From NCBI RefSeq assembly GCF_036588685.1, contig NC_086385.1, positions 34,991,216 to 35,055,215 on the forward strand: a stretch of DNA of 64,000 bases. Direction: 5' to 3'. The position numbers were made by a program, and so were the translations under genes. Every line of letters begins with the position of its first letter. The stretch's first letter is position 1. Positions 13,101 to 25,451 of the stretch are shown here, one piece after another. The notes below the pieces were generated by a model. That model searched no databases and had not been told where the DNA came from. It worked only from the letters and a program-made list of their open reading frames with translations. The stretch is from Mytilus trossulus. Its lineage: Eukaryota.

Positions 13101-16100
13101 CGGTGTTCCTATTTTGTAAATTTCTTCACAAAGGCGATCACCGATGGCCAAAGAAATGATGGTGTGGAACTTGAGCAGGACTTGGACTGTCCAATGTCAA
13201 GTTCTGTTGAGCTGTGCAAGTATGTAGACGATAAACTACTGTCACGTATATGGATGGCGGAAGCGGGAGTAAATTACCCAGAAACCCTAGCTATTGCATA
13301 CAAACCATCGTATGAATACAATATTCCAGAAGACGCAAACATGAAAGTTTTGATCGTCGAAAATAAAGATGGCATAGATAATTATGTAGAAGAAAACATA
13401 CGTCAGTTCCTGAATATGGAGAGAGTCAGATCATTTGAAAAGGTATGTTAAAATTGTTTTTTCTGAAAGGTTACGTTGTAGTATATTACATAATTTTTTT
13501 TAAAGTAAGAACAAAATTTAAAACTCAAGGGCAATACATGTACAATATTTTTTTCAAGGAAGGATTAGAATTTGACGAAAAGGCAGATTGGAAAAACACA
13601 AAATTGATAGTAACAAGTTAAAACAAAAAAATTACCACACAAACCCAACCAAAAATGGTACGTTCTTTTGATGAAAAATTTTGCCTCTTTTAAAGGTTTT
13701 TTCTGTTATAAAAAAACGGGACTGATAAACGTTTAAAAAGAAGGAATAAATACTTGCATATCACCATCTTTTTATACAACACGTACCACAAGTCCAAAAA
13801 CGTATTTGTATCTATTGTATTTATTTTGTATTTTTATCTATAAATAGATAGTGGTAAAACCCTCTGGTACCATGTGGCACGGTAGTAGATGTGTGACGTT
13901 CCATAAAGTGAAAAATGTGGAAGAAATTTGTAAAGCTGTACTTGACTTGCTGGCTTTATTGGAATTGGAGAACACAGTCCTGGTTGAAACGTTTTATGAA
14001 CCTGTAGAAGCTGCAAATCCAGAATTAGGTGATATTATAATCGTGTTTAACAATGTAACTCTTGCAGTGGCGGGTCCAGTGGAGGGTTGCAGGTTTGACC
14101 CCATCTTTTTTTTAACGATCAAAGCATTTGAATGGGGACACATCGTTGGAAGCCCCTTTCTCCTGTCCAGGTTAGGAACCCCCTTTAGAAATATCTGGAT
14201 CCGCCCCTGCTCTTGAATATATGTATTATACCGTTTGAATTGATTTACATTTGGGCCCTATTAAGATGACTATGCGGTATGGGTTTTACTCCTTGATAAA
14301 GGTGACCGATAGTTGTTAGTTTCTAGGTCATTTGGTCTTTTAAAGACAGTTGTCTATTTGGCAATCATACCACATCTTATTTTTTATGCCCCACCTATGA
14401 TAGTAGAGGGGCATTATGTTTTCTGGTCATGTTCGCTATGATATGATCTTTCTAATTTTAATGCCAAATTAGAGTTTTTACCCCAATGTCACGGTCCACT
14501 GAACATAGAAATTGATAGTGCAAGTGGGGCATTCATGTACTGGGGACACATTCTTGTTATAATATAACTTGTTTATCTTGAATTGATTACATCAGAGAAG
14601 ACAGCAAATGATGTTTAAAGGCAGTCTTGTATGATGGGGTGAGGTACATGTATAGGGGACATGTTTTTCTTTTAAATAAAAAACAAGATATTTTTAGTTA
14701 CCTTTTCTAAAAAAATTAAATGAAGCAATCATCGATAATTAACCCCGGACATCCAATTATATATTAATTGTGGAAACAATTATTTATTTTTCAGCTGATT
14801 ACTCGTTCAGATGGAGGACCAATGTATGTAGAAGAGTAGACGATACACCAATCACAACACAAATGGTTTGTGGGATAGGTCTGAAACATCAACCAATCAA
14901 TGGTGACAACACTATTCCCCAAACTTTTGAAACAACAATGAAAATGTGGAATATGGAAGAAGATGAAATGAATCGTTTATTAGATAAAGTTTCCACAGGT
15001 TCAGAAAAGGTCATGGAGCGTATTATTGAATATGAGCGTGGTCTGTCTACAGATATCAAAGGAGGCGTTGGAGCACGAACTGAACTTATAGGTATGTCTT
15101 TTTTCTTTCTGTGTTTTTTAACCGGATGAAATTATTTGGGGTGTACGACGGGCGGCGTGCGGGCGTACGGCTGTCAAAAAGTGTCTGTTCATTTAAAACA
15201 TGAAAACGCGTTGAAGAAATCTTTTCAAATTTAAATAAATTTGTAGTTTCATGTGACTAAATGAAGGTCAAGTTCAATTTTCACCATTTTAGTTGTTTTC
15301 GTTGTTGAGTTTGGATCTTTTCAGAAGCAAAGGGATAGAATATGATTTATTCCGTTTGAGTTATTTCCCTTTGAACAAAAAAATAATAAGTTCATGGATA
15401 AAATTAAACTGTGCTTCATTTCACAATATATTGAATATTATATTCAGGGTTTATTCAAATGCTGAATCTTTTCTATCTGATCTGACCTAAAAGGGCATGT
15501 GAGCTGTTTACAAATGTAGCATTTCTTGGTTTGCATCGTTTTAAAATATTTCAGCCAATGAGAACAAAACTTGAAAAAATATCATTAGTGCATCAAGTTC
15601 CAAAAATGTTTCCAAGCATCCTGTCTACCAACTAACATGGTAGACATGTCTAATAATAGAGACGACAATAAACTAATCATACTTGCATTAAAAATTAATA
15701 ATTGATTTTTCTTAATTATTCCTTATAGGTATTGACTACGTTCTGGGAATGGTAGATGGACAGTTAGAAGCAGTTGGAATAGAAGTGAACAGTCATGACT
15801 GTACCATTAATTGTCAGTTGTTTGAGTTCTTAAATCCCCATAGACAGGGAGAAGCAGTGAAACCACTAGTTGAGACCATGATAAGACGTTCACAGCTGTT
15901 TGCCATGCAAGACAAAACTGTCGTTGTAGTCGGAGCTGGAGGTTTCAGCAAGAAGTTTATATGGGAAAGCTATAAATCATTTGGTATTAATGTAAGTCGA
16001 TTTATGACGTCATGAAACATTTCTATTTGTTTGAGATATATGAGATATAATTCTTTGTCTCAAAAGATATTCTTACAACCACTTAAATATGTACTGTCTA

Positions 16101-17855
16101 TAGTTGTGTATTAACCACATCCCTAATGTACAAACTACATAATTTAAGATTTTAAATGCATACTATACATGACCAAATACGGTATATTAAAATTAGGAAA
16201 AAAGCAGTTATACCTTTGAAAAAATATTCGTTTTTTGTTGTTGTTTTTTTAAAACGCTTTCAAGAACAATCATTTGAGTTTGCAAATAAATTTAACTATA
16301 TGCACTAGTAAACATACACATGATTGCCAATGAGACAACTTCCATCACCTGATCAGAAAGCAGTGGATTGATATTTTTATGGGATTTGTAACTTATATTG
16401 CCCATGAACCAAAGAAACCACACATGACCATAGATTTTCTATAACTAGGTAACGAACGAGTAAGTGCAAGAAATTCCTGGCATTTTAAGTTTCAATTTTG
16501 ACTTAATCTATTTTAATTTCAATTATGTTTTCCTAGCATAATGATTTACCATCGAGCCATTGGAACTTTATGAAGAAAAATATATAATAATATTTGGATT
16601 TTTCTGTATCTTTTAGGTCGTTCTTGTTGAACCCAATAATTCATGCTTTGGTGCAACGAGGTGCACAAAATTTATTCAGTACGATTTTCTTGACCATAAA
16701 CAAGATGAAGCACATGCTACAGCCATTATTAAAATTCTCAAAGACGAAGGAATAAATGTCGATGGGTGTGTTACCTTCTGGGAGGATTGTGGTCCGTTAG
16801 CCGCAACGATATGTGACATGCTTAAATTGAATGGTCCAGGAAAACGACCAGCCCAAATTGCTAAAAGGAAAAGTTGGACACAAAACGTGTTACGGTCAAG
16901 AACCGGCGATATACCTCATTTCCCGAGATCTCATCTGTATTCCAGTATCTGCTGTTCTATCAAAAGTGAAGAAGACGTCGACAAGGCTTTGGAAAAGATA
17001 AGACTACCTGCTGTATTAAAATTGGAATATGGATCAAGTGGCGTTGGGGTCAAACCTGTCGCAGACCGTGTTGAGTGTATTAATATATGGCAACAATTAT
17101 CATCAATTCTCCAGAACGACGAAGATCACCCTGGTGTTGGGCTCGGTCACGGTAACGACATTATGCTGATGGAGAGAATTGATGGTACAGAACACGACAT
17201 AGATATCATTATATTCCAGAGGCAACTTGTTGGTGCATTTGTCTCGGATAATGGACCATGTAGGAAAGGGTCTTACACAGAAACAGCAGCCTTGCTGCCA
17301 ACATGCCTACCATTAGATAGGAGAGGGCAGCTTATAACATCTGCATATCAGTGTTGTACGGAAGTCGGACTCATTACTGGGGTGTTCAACGTGGAAATGA
17401 AAATGACAAAAACAGGACCAAAGTTAATTGAGATTAATGCTAGAATGGGAGGTTTCTATCTCCGGGACTGGATCAAGACTTGCTACGGGCACGATCTGTT
17501 ACTTTATGCTTTCATGGTTTCTTTGGGTATCAGACCAGTGATCTCAAGTGTGCAACCTAAATGCACTCTGATGGGAATGATGTGTCTGTCGTCCGTACAC
17601 AAACAACAATTAACAAATCCAAACAGTTTGAAATTCTTAAATGCGTTGGTTTCTGGAAATATTGTCAGATATAACCAGATGGAGCCGTCATTAGACGAAT
17701 GTGGTAGTGAAAATGATGAGGAACCATTTGCAAACATTGCTGTCATGGACAAGAACTTGGAAACAGCCAAAGCTAAACTGATCAATATCGGCAATGCTCT
17801 TGGTTTGAATACAAATAACTATGACTATAACTATCTGTTGAGTCATTTCAAATAA
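10067..17855 (+). CDS. CARNS1: Carnosine synthase 1-like ATP-grasp amino-acid ligase, copy 1 (intact, 6 coding exons, 955 aa)
   Basis: Exons 10067-10144, 12633-13442, 13848-14028, 14795-15091, 15729-15991, 16617-17855 all have GT..AG boundaries with compatible phases (0,0,1,1,0) and sum to 2868 nt (956 codons including stop). Motifs resembling vertebrate CARNS1: CPGDMLLVLSPTW, PRRCSYF, DDKLLSR, VVKPSG, VVGAGGFSKKFIW, GCVTFWEDC, AVLKLEYGSSGVGV, GVFNVEMKMTKTGPKLIEINARMGGFYLRDWI. The family was recognised from motifs; substrate specificity is unknown. Confidence 0.9.
11594..11744. mobile_element. CAGGGGCGGATCCAG-family MITE in intron 1 of copy 1
   Basis: CATTGGCGGATCC ... TGGATCCGCCCCTG; imperfect TSD ATTTT/ACTTT. 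Confidence 0.7.
12633..13442 (+). CDS. CARNS1: CARNS1-like copy 1, exon 2
   Basis: TTTCAG acceptor, open 270 codons in frame with ORF 12810-13451, donor AAG|GTATGT. Confidence 0.9.
13848..14028 (+). CDS. CARNS1: CARNS1-like copy 1, exon 3
   Basis: TAG|ATA GTG GTA AAA CCC (IVVKP); 181 nt, same length in copies 2 and 3; donor G|GTGAT. Confidence 0.9.
14065..14209. mobile_element. CAGGGGCGGATCCAG-family MITE in intron 3 of copy 1
   Basis: CAGTGGCGGGTCCAG ... CTGGATCCGCCCCTG flanked by the direct repeat CTCTTG. Confidence 0.75.
14381..14558. mobile_element. Short HINE-like element in intron 3 of copy 1
   Basis: TTTTATGCCCC...GGGGCAT hairpin at the left end; GGGGCATT...CTTGTT at the right end. 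Confidence 0.5.
14795..15091 (+). CDS. CARNS1: CARNS1-like copy 1, exon 4
   Basis: TTTTCAG|CTGATTAC (ADYSFRWRT...TELIG), 297 nt, donor G|GTATGT. Confidence 0.9.
15729..15991 (+). CDS. CARNS1: CARNS1-like copy 1, exon 5
   Basis: TAG|GTATTGAC (GIDYVLG...IEVNSHD...GAGGFSK), 263 nt, donor AAT|GTAAGT. Confidence 0.9.
16617..17855 (+). CDS. CARNS1: CARNS1-like copy 1, terminal exon 6 (C-terminal ATP-grasp domain)
   Basis: TTTTAG|GTCGTT, in frame with ORF 16818-17855; contains ATP-grasp motifs KLEYGSSGVG and IEINARMGG; stop TAA ends at 17855. Confidence 0.92.
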   Translation, partial: VVLVEPNNSCFGATRCTKFIQYDFLDHKQDEAHATAIIKILKDEGINVDGCVTFWEDCGPLAATICDMLKLNGPGKRPAQIAKRKSWTQNVLRSRTGDIPHFPRSHLYSSICCSIKSEEDVDKALEKIRLPAVLKLEYGSSGVGVKPVADRVECINIWQQLSSILQNDEDHPGVGLGHGNDIMLMERIDGTEHDIDIIIFQRQLVGAFVSDNGPCRKGSYTETAALLPTCLPLDRRGQLITSAYQCCTEVGLITGVFNVEMKMTKTGPKLIEINARMGGFYLRDWIKTCYGHDLLLYAFMVSLGIRPVISSVQPKCTLMGMMCLSSVHKQQLTNPNSLKFLNALVSGNIVRYNQMEPSLDECGSENDEEPFANIAVMDKNLETAKAKLINIGNALGLNTNNYDYNYLLSHFK

Positions 17856-18677
17856 TGACGGTTAGTGATAGGTGTGCTCAGCGATTATCGCTATAATCAT
17901 TCATAAAAACCATTTATCATTGCTTAGCGATTACCGCTGGTATCATTCATATAAATCATTCATCAATTGTACATTTCAAGAATAGCGGACTTGTAGAGCT
18001 AGGAACTTTGTATATATTAACAATCTAAGTCATTGCATTGCAAATCAATTTTGTATTTTGTTAATTTGTTTAGTTTTAAACCAAAACAAAAAAAATAAAT
18101 AAATAAAATTGTGATGTTTAGTTTGAAAAAAAGACATTAAAAAAAATCATTTAGTTCTGTTTAGCTAACAAAAAATAAAAACTTTCATAGTATTGTTGAT
18201 GTTTTTAAAGAGTTGAAAAAATATTTGAAAATGCTTTTTTTCACTGAAGTTTAAAGGAATGATTTTATGCAGTTTGATTGGTTGACCGATTACCACTGTC
18301 TACGTTCGTGCAATCCAATGTGGAAATTCAATGGATCAACAAGAACGAACGCCATTTTAGGCATTTAGACATCAAGAATAGCAAGACTTGTATATACTAG
18401 TACTTAGTAGCATGTTTTAACAGTTTGTTAATTGTGTTTGGAGGATCTGAATTTGTATTTTGTATTTTGTACTGTCATGACTGTTTGCATAATAGCATAC
18501 TTAATTTAATATTGTATTTACGTTGTATTAAAATTTTCTTTTGTTAGTTAAACATCAGTAAATTGTAATAGGGCAAAGTAAATAATAAAATGATGAAAGG
18601 AGACTTGGAAGGCAATATTTTATATAGTCTTCAACAATAATCTTTTGTCTGTTGATTTTTCCCCATATCAAGATTTA

Positions 18678-18852
18678 AGGGGACAGCCATTTGATTTCTT
18701 GAGGGTGATGGGTGCAGGAGGACTTGAAATAGATATTAAGTTGTCCTGGTAGGAAGCCTGTGTTACTGTAGCAACCAAGTTGACATTATATCATTAATGA
18801 TCAATCCGAAAAGATTCCTAACCCCCACAAGAATATCAAATGGCCGTTCCCT
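18678..18852. mobile_element. MITE-like element
   Basis: Imperfect TIRs AGGGGACAGCCATTTGAT / ATCAAATGGCCGTTCCCT. Confidence 0.55.
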
Positions 18853-20216
18853 TGATCATTCCTAGCTATATTTGTATGTGTAAAGAACGATATGGTATGA
18901 TCGCCAATAAGACTACTACATCGGAGACAAATGACATAGAATTTAAGAACAATAGGTCACTGTACGGCCTTCAACAATGAGCAAAACACTAAACCGGCCT
19001 TCAACAATGAGCAAAACACTAAACCGCATTGTAGGATAAAAAAAGCCCCAAAATAACAAATGAAAAACTATGCAAACGAGAAAACTAACGAACTGCTTTA
19101 GGTAAAAAAAACAATGAACAAAAAACATGATATACAGAAGCAAACGACAACCACTAAATTACAGGAGGGACAAACATAAACATTCTCCAACTGTAAGAAA
19201 AGAGGTCGAGGATATTCGAGAACATATCACAACCAACTTAAATATACTACACTTAACTTGAAATACTTACATGTACATTTAAACAGAGGTTGAAATTCAT
19301 TATCAGTCTTTTACAAATGTTGACATGGACCAGGAAAAAAACTAGAGTTGTATATACTTTACACAACTGTTGAAAGTTAATAAACTCGCCATAGATGCCA
19401 GTATTGATACATAGACCATAGACATAGATACGACACCAGGACTTACAAACTCTTGAAAGATTTCAGTAACTGCTTGAAAACGGATAAGAGAGAAAAATGA
19501 ACCACTTGAAAGCTGACAAACCGTTCCTCGTAGAATAGTATCTACAGCACTATTATAAAATCAAAATGAAACGAATGAAACCATAACACTGTTCCTGTCG
19601 TGGACATGCATGTAGATACAGAAAAAGTTGGTTCAATTGTATCCATGTACGAATGATTGGTCGTCAAGGTCAACCTTTTCATTTTATATAATTTTTTGTC
19701 GGCAGGTTACCAATACTGTGATATATGGCATTCTGATATAATTTGCCAAGGAAAAGCAACTGAAAAAAGGTTGTAGTCCGAGAACATAAAACTTAATTTG
19801 AGCCGATTGTAATTTTTTTACTTGCTATTTCTTGGCCGAATACCAGAATGTCCTCCCACAGAGTAGGTTACATGTCGAAAATTTATATACAACGGAGTCG
19901 GTTTACTATATAGAAGGGGATTTAATGCTTCTATGGGCGAAATTAAGAATTAAGGGGACTGAAATTAAACATTTTTAGATCAAAATGATGGTCCAAGATT
20001 GTCCTGACGTCCGAAACGATCGAGTCTGACAGTAGTCAACAACATGTCGATAGAGAATTTTTTGTGCTGACATGAAAAAAGAAGATAAAAAATATGAAGC
20101 AAACAAAAACACAAGCAAAAAAAAGATGGGACACAAATAAATTTAAATAATTACAAAAAAAGGGTCGCAAAAAATTATACATTTTGTACCTCTAAAACAT
20201 GGCTCGCACTCGAAAC

Positions 20217-20251
20217 CTGAGACTACTATAACACATATATAGTAGTCTCAG
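20217..20251. mobile_element. 35-bp palindromic micro-element (same family) with 7-bp TSD
   Basis: CTGAGACTACTATA-ACACATA-TATAGTAGTCTCAG between direct repeats TCGAAAC (20210-20216, 20252-20258). Confidence 0.85.
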
Positions 20252-21344
20252 TCGAAACGCTTTTGAAAAGTCGACTTTAAATCATATTGTTGGTTGATTA
20301 ACGTCCAATGACAAATATGTCGGGCATGTAAAGCACGATACTACGAATCGAGAAATCACCACCATTAAAGCTTCTTCCATGCATGTAAAGAAATCAAGAT
20401 GACAGTTTGGTTTTAATGGAAACATGTGCATTTCATCTGCTACAGATGGGGTTCTGCGCCATTTAAATTTGACAGAACTCTTAAAATTTCTGGTTTGCAT
20501 ATTATGTCGGTAGTTTAAACTGACTATTGGCATTGCTTTTTGCAATTTTATGGAACAATTACAATCTGTGATTATGACAGAACAGTTGTTAACTCAGAGA
20601 AAGGAAACTATGCGAACTGTATTTGGGTAAGACTTCACTGTGAATATCGGGGGGTTCGTCCGGGGTTCGGACGAACCCCCCTTGAAAACAAATAAGCACT
20701 GTTAAAGTCAACGTTCTGTTCGAATTGTGACTGTTAAAGTCGAGTTCGCGAGTCCAAATAACCCCCTTGGAAATTCCTGGCTACGGGCCTGCTACACACA
20801 CATACACTTTAAAATACTAACTCAGCTTAGCAGGAATACATTAAGCGAAAATAGCAGGATAGCAAAACATAATAGCCAGTACATCATTAGCAGTATGATA
20901 TGAATTGGGAAATGTATTAGAGTTATATACATGATATATTAATTGATAAATAAAATACGGGTTCAGAAAGAGTTTAACCCATTTTGACACTTGTATTAAA
21001 GTATCTATTTTTTTCAGATGTATGCTTCTCATATATCTGAAAGGCGTCTGTCCAAAAGATATGAGACGGCTTTATCTTATTTACATAGATCGAAGAACTA
21101 ATTAGTTATTTGATCTTTTCCCTTGTCCTAAAAAGAAAAATTAGTTTAATTTGATAAAGCAGGAAAAGTGTCATTATTTCCCAGTTTTTTCCAGATGCAG
21201 TAAAAATTTCATAGATGTTTTGTATTCTTGAATGATATCTTGATTGCGTCTATTTTCTGTCATTATAATGCATATAAAATACCACATTGAGTTTATTTAA
21301 TTTACTGCTTTTGTATGGCAATATGAAAGGATTGTGAAGGATGA

Positions 21345-21916
21345 AGGATTGTGCCTGATGTTCATATGATGAAATCATAATCTTTCAGTCAGTTTAATTG
21401 AAGTCTGGAGCTGGCATGTCAGTTAACTGCTAGTAGTCTGTTGTTATTTATGTATTATTGTCATTTTTTTTTATTTTCTTTGGTTACATCTTCTGACATC
21501 AGACTCGGACTTCTCTTGAATTGAATTTTAATGTGCGTATTGTTATGCGTTTACTTTTCTACATTGGTTAGAGGTATAGGGGGAGGGTTGAGATCTCACA
21601 AACATGTTTAATCCCGCCGCATTTTTGCGCCTGTCCCAAGTCAGGAGCCTCTGGCCTTTGTTAGTCTTGTATTATTTTAATTTGAGTTTCTTGTGTGCAA
21701 TTTGGAAATTAGTATGGCGTTCATTATCACTGAACTAGTATATATTTGTTTAGGGGCCAGCTGAAGGACGCCTCCGGGTGCGGGAATTTCTCGCTACATT
21801 GAAGACCTGTTGGTGACCTTCTGCTGTTGTGTTGTTGTTTTTTTGTTTGTTTTTTTGTTTATTTGGTCGGGTTGTTGTCTCTTTGACACATTCCCCATTT
21901 CCATTCTCAATTTTAT
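21345..21916 (+). mobile_element. Interspersed repeat with Nin/Deu-like SINE core
   Basis: Core CCCGCCGCATTTTTGCGCCTGTCCCAAGTCAGGAGCC. Diverged copies at ~7520-7800, ~8200-8580 and inverted at ~42700-43030. The family name comes from recall of the core motif, not a search. Confidence 0.55.
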
Positions 21917-23741
21917 TAATATGAAACGCTACATATTATACTGTCTTTTTCTCGTTTAATTGCGAAATGGATTTGTTGCTGGAAATTGAATTCTATATAT
22001 TAAAATTGAATATGCATAGGTTTTAGAAATACTGCAAGGCAGTGGTTTCAATCATTAATCATTTACTTCGTATATGTATTAAGAAGATTTGGCATGAGTG
22101 TAATGAAAGTTAGTGAAGTCCGGAGGTTCGAACCCGTATTTTAGGTGGAAAACTAATGTTTTTGTATTGGGACATATGGTTGGACCCCAATCCCCTTTTA
22201 ATATGACATTTTGGAACCCCTTTTTACAAATTATTTATTAAACAATAAGGAGAATCACATGTTGTATATCATTGCTAATGAGACAACTATCAGTCTGAGT
22301 GCTTCTGGAAATAAATTAATATCTTTATTGCAAAATTACACCCATAAGGGTCAAGCAATGCAATTACATGTATACACAATACAATGCAATACAATGTAAT
22401 ACAACACAATATATATATATATAGAATAATAGAGCATAATTATTTTAAGAGTTCAATCATAAATATATGTAAAAAACACAATCATAAGCTAGTCTGACAT
22501 GGGTCCGACTCCCTCAGTTCCAAAGACTGCTTAATGAAGACTCCAATATGATAAACAAGTTCAGGGATAGGGTTTAGAATGTGTTTTAGTTTATTAAATG
22601 CATCAAGATGTTTAAATAATGGTGCATAGTCTTTTAGATAAGCAAAAAGATTAGAACGCAATGATATGTTAATGTTACATGCAAACAACTATTGGCACCT
22701 TCGTGGTGGTGGGAACAATTGCGATAGATATTGATAAGCTTTAATATCGTACCCTCTTTATTTGAAAAAAAATATCTTATTTATATTTTTGAGTTAAAAA
22801 AAAAAAAATACAAAACGTCTCAAGCACTTGGCGTCCTAATTTCTAATTCCAGGATATTTGCGTCTCTGTTTCCAAATAACAAGTTTTTTAAAACACCGTT
22901 CTTAGTAGATAGAACATACAGAACTCAAAAAGCAGTAAAAATTGAAGGTTAGTCCTTGTACTCAAGATATAAAAGCATAAGACATTTGGCGGGAAATGAT
23001 TCTATCTAGAATTTTCAAACATTCGCAATTGGCACTTTTGTTTCCAAAACCTATAAGAAATATGAAACGAATAGTAAGCGTTTAATTTACTTGCTGGCAA
23101 ATATCTTATTGACACTATTCCATGGATGAAATAGGGGATACAAGAGTATAGAACAACTTCTAAATATTATTGAATTTTCTTGTTCCAAGCTATTAAAAAT
23201 TAGAAGTTTGTAAGCAACCAATACGTTATACATACATTGTAAACAGGTGCTGCATGGGTTAAATTGGTATAAACAGGATATTTTGCTCAATGTAAACAAA
23301 ATTAATATAATATTGCATAACTGTCATGTTTTATTTTTTGTGCTACTGTTTTTGCAAGTTTTTCTTTTTACAGTTTCCCTTCACTTGACTCTTAACACTT
23401 ACAGTTTGTATCCGTCAAGATAGAAAAAAATAAAACTGACGTCATTGATGACAACCGGCCTTGACGTCTGGTTCATCGTATGCAGACATCATTGAAAAAG
23501 ATTCAGTGCGAATATGAATAAATAAAACGAAGAAAACGGACACGTTATGGCAGAAATTTAAAAGGACTCCTATCCAGACCCTGTATTTTCTTAGTTTTTG
23601 TGTTGACTTTATTTGTCTTAAAACTTATTAGTTTCATTTATTTTTATTGTAATATCCATCTTATTAAATTTATACTCTAGCTGAAATTATTTGATAGTTG
23701 GATTGATTCTTCAACGTCCAGTGGTAAATATTCCATGCATA

Positions 23742-24290
23742 TGCAGTGCAGGCGATTTGGTGTCACGATATCACAGTAGCATGGGTTCGAATCCCGGCGA
23801 GGGAAGAACCAAAAATTTGCGAAAGCAAATTTACAGATCTAACATTGTTGGGTTGATGTTTAGATATATATAATTGAGCTGATCTGTAAAAATAACATCT
23901 CCATGCCTTATATATCATGTACTGTAGTACGCCGCTAGATTAAAACTGACGAGGAAAGGTAACACACGGCCACCGAAAGCTTTATTATTGTGAAGCTCAG
24001 GTGGTCGTGCGGTCTAGCGGGACGGCTGCAGTGCAGGCGATTTGGTGTCACGATATCTCAGTAGCATGGGTTCGAATCACGCCGAGGGAAGAACAAAAAA
24101 TTTGCGAAAGCAAATTTACAGATCTAACATTGTTGGATTGATATTTAGACGAGTTGTATATATAAATAGGGACGGCTGCAGTGGAGGCGATTTGGTGTCA
24201 CGATATCTCAGTAGCATGGGTTCGAATCCCGCGAGGGAAGAACAAAAATCTAACATTGTTGGGTTGATGTTTAGACGAGTTGTATATATG
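23742..24290 (+). mobile_element. Cluster of three tRNA-derived SINE-like units
   Basis: Fullest copy 23995-24167 has an A-box-like TGGTCGTGCGG and B-box GGTTCGAATC, with a (TA)n-like tail. 5-prime truncated copies at 23742-23872 and 24168-24290. Confidence 0.65.
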
Positions 24291-24332
24291 TACAAAAACT
24301 TTTCCACGAAGCTATTCTAATTTATAACTTAA

Positions 24333-24716
24333 GTGCCAGTCTGCCTAAGAATCAGGCAGTGGTAAAAACATGACCAAAAAAACCCACCCAATTTGACATT
24401 GATTTCAGATCATAATATGTAGTTTTGCACAAAAATAACATTCATTTCCATTTTCTGTGCTGGTAATAGAAGATACAATTTGGTTGAAATGCACTAGAAA
24501 TTAACGAATAAGGGGAGATAACTCTGTAATTTGCTATTATTCTAACCAATTTTCTAACCAAGTTATTTGATATTACCAGACACACACAAACGAAAGACTA
24601 ATACTTTTTAACTCAAGATGGTGGTTAGTACTAAATGGCATGATTAGCTCGGTGGGTTTTTTCTAATCATGTTTTAATTTTTACCTAAATTGTCTGATTC
24701 TTACAAAGACTGGCAC
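24333..24716. mobile_element. 384-bp MITE at a TTAA site
   Basis: TTAA|GTGCCAGTCT..TAAGAATCAG and CTGATTCTTA..AGACTGGCAC|TTAA. Confidence 0.8.
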
Positions 24717-25451
24717 TTAAGCATTAAACCAAAACAGATCACGCTGCAAATATACATTATCAACATTATCATTTTTGACAGTATACACATGGTATAAGAT
24801 AACCATAAATAAAGTATATGTCCAAATTAAACATATATCTGAACATCACTGCTTCAATATGTTTCTCTGCTGAAATTTAACCATAGTCCCTAGTGTGGAC
24901 AATGTTGTGCTTGCTATTTTTTATACCCTTTCCAAATTTATTTCTACATGTTTTATGCCTCAAAAAGCAAAAAGGGGTATGAAACTACACTGTAAAAAAA
25001 AAGTTGGATCATGAATTTTAAAGTTTAGTAATTATTTGATCCAGCCAAAAACTAGTGTTTCGGAAACTGTCAAAAGAATTCAATACCCACTTAACATAAA
25101 ATTGTTAATATTTTGAGTTAGAGCTGATGAAGTTTCTGTAATTTTGATATATTTTGTCTCAAAAGTAGTACACCACAAGAAATACAGTACGAAAAAAAAA
25201 CCTGTTTTCTCGGCCCTGCTGCCAAGTGTAGGATTTCCACTCCTACAACACGCTATCATTTGGCTGTCATTTTTTTTTTACTTCAACGCATTGCGCGTAT
25301 TTAAATGTTTATTACAGCAGAAATCTCTATCAGACTTGTACAAGTTTCACTGATGATGTCGGTTTCAACTGCTGAGGATAATTCTGTACAATTACAGGTA
25401 AGCTAACGCGGAAGTATTATAATGCATAATTATTATTATCGTTATTATACG

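Noticed and set aside
12772-13151. Antisense ORFs over exon 2 (also 27174-27432, 44733-44936, 17504-17794, 33994-35219)
   Set aside because: Shadow frames of real coding sequence; their recurrence across paralogs follows from sense-strand conservation.
10067-17855. Bacterial origin or contamination of the ATP-grasp gene
   Set aside because: Five canonical spliceosomal introns, positions shared across paralogs, and interspersion with animal transposons.
19800-20205. Possible GAGCC...GGCTC TIR element
   Set aside because: Terminal match is short and interrupted, and no TSD is visible.
23945-23985. Hammerhead ribozyme (CTGACGA...CGAAA)
   Set aside because: Stem II would have only two pairs, and I could not find stems I/III or a cleavage triplet in the right geometry.
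23995-24090. Functional tRNA gene
   Set aside because: No convincing cloverleaf or acceptor stem; followed by a conserved non-tRNA body and repeated as truncated copies, so SINE-like.
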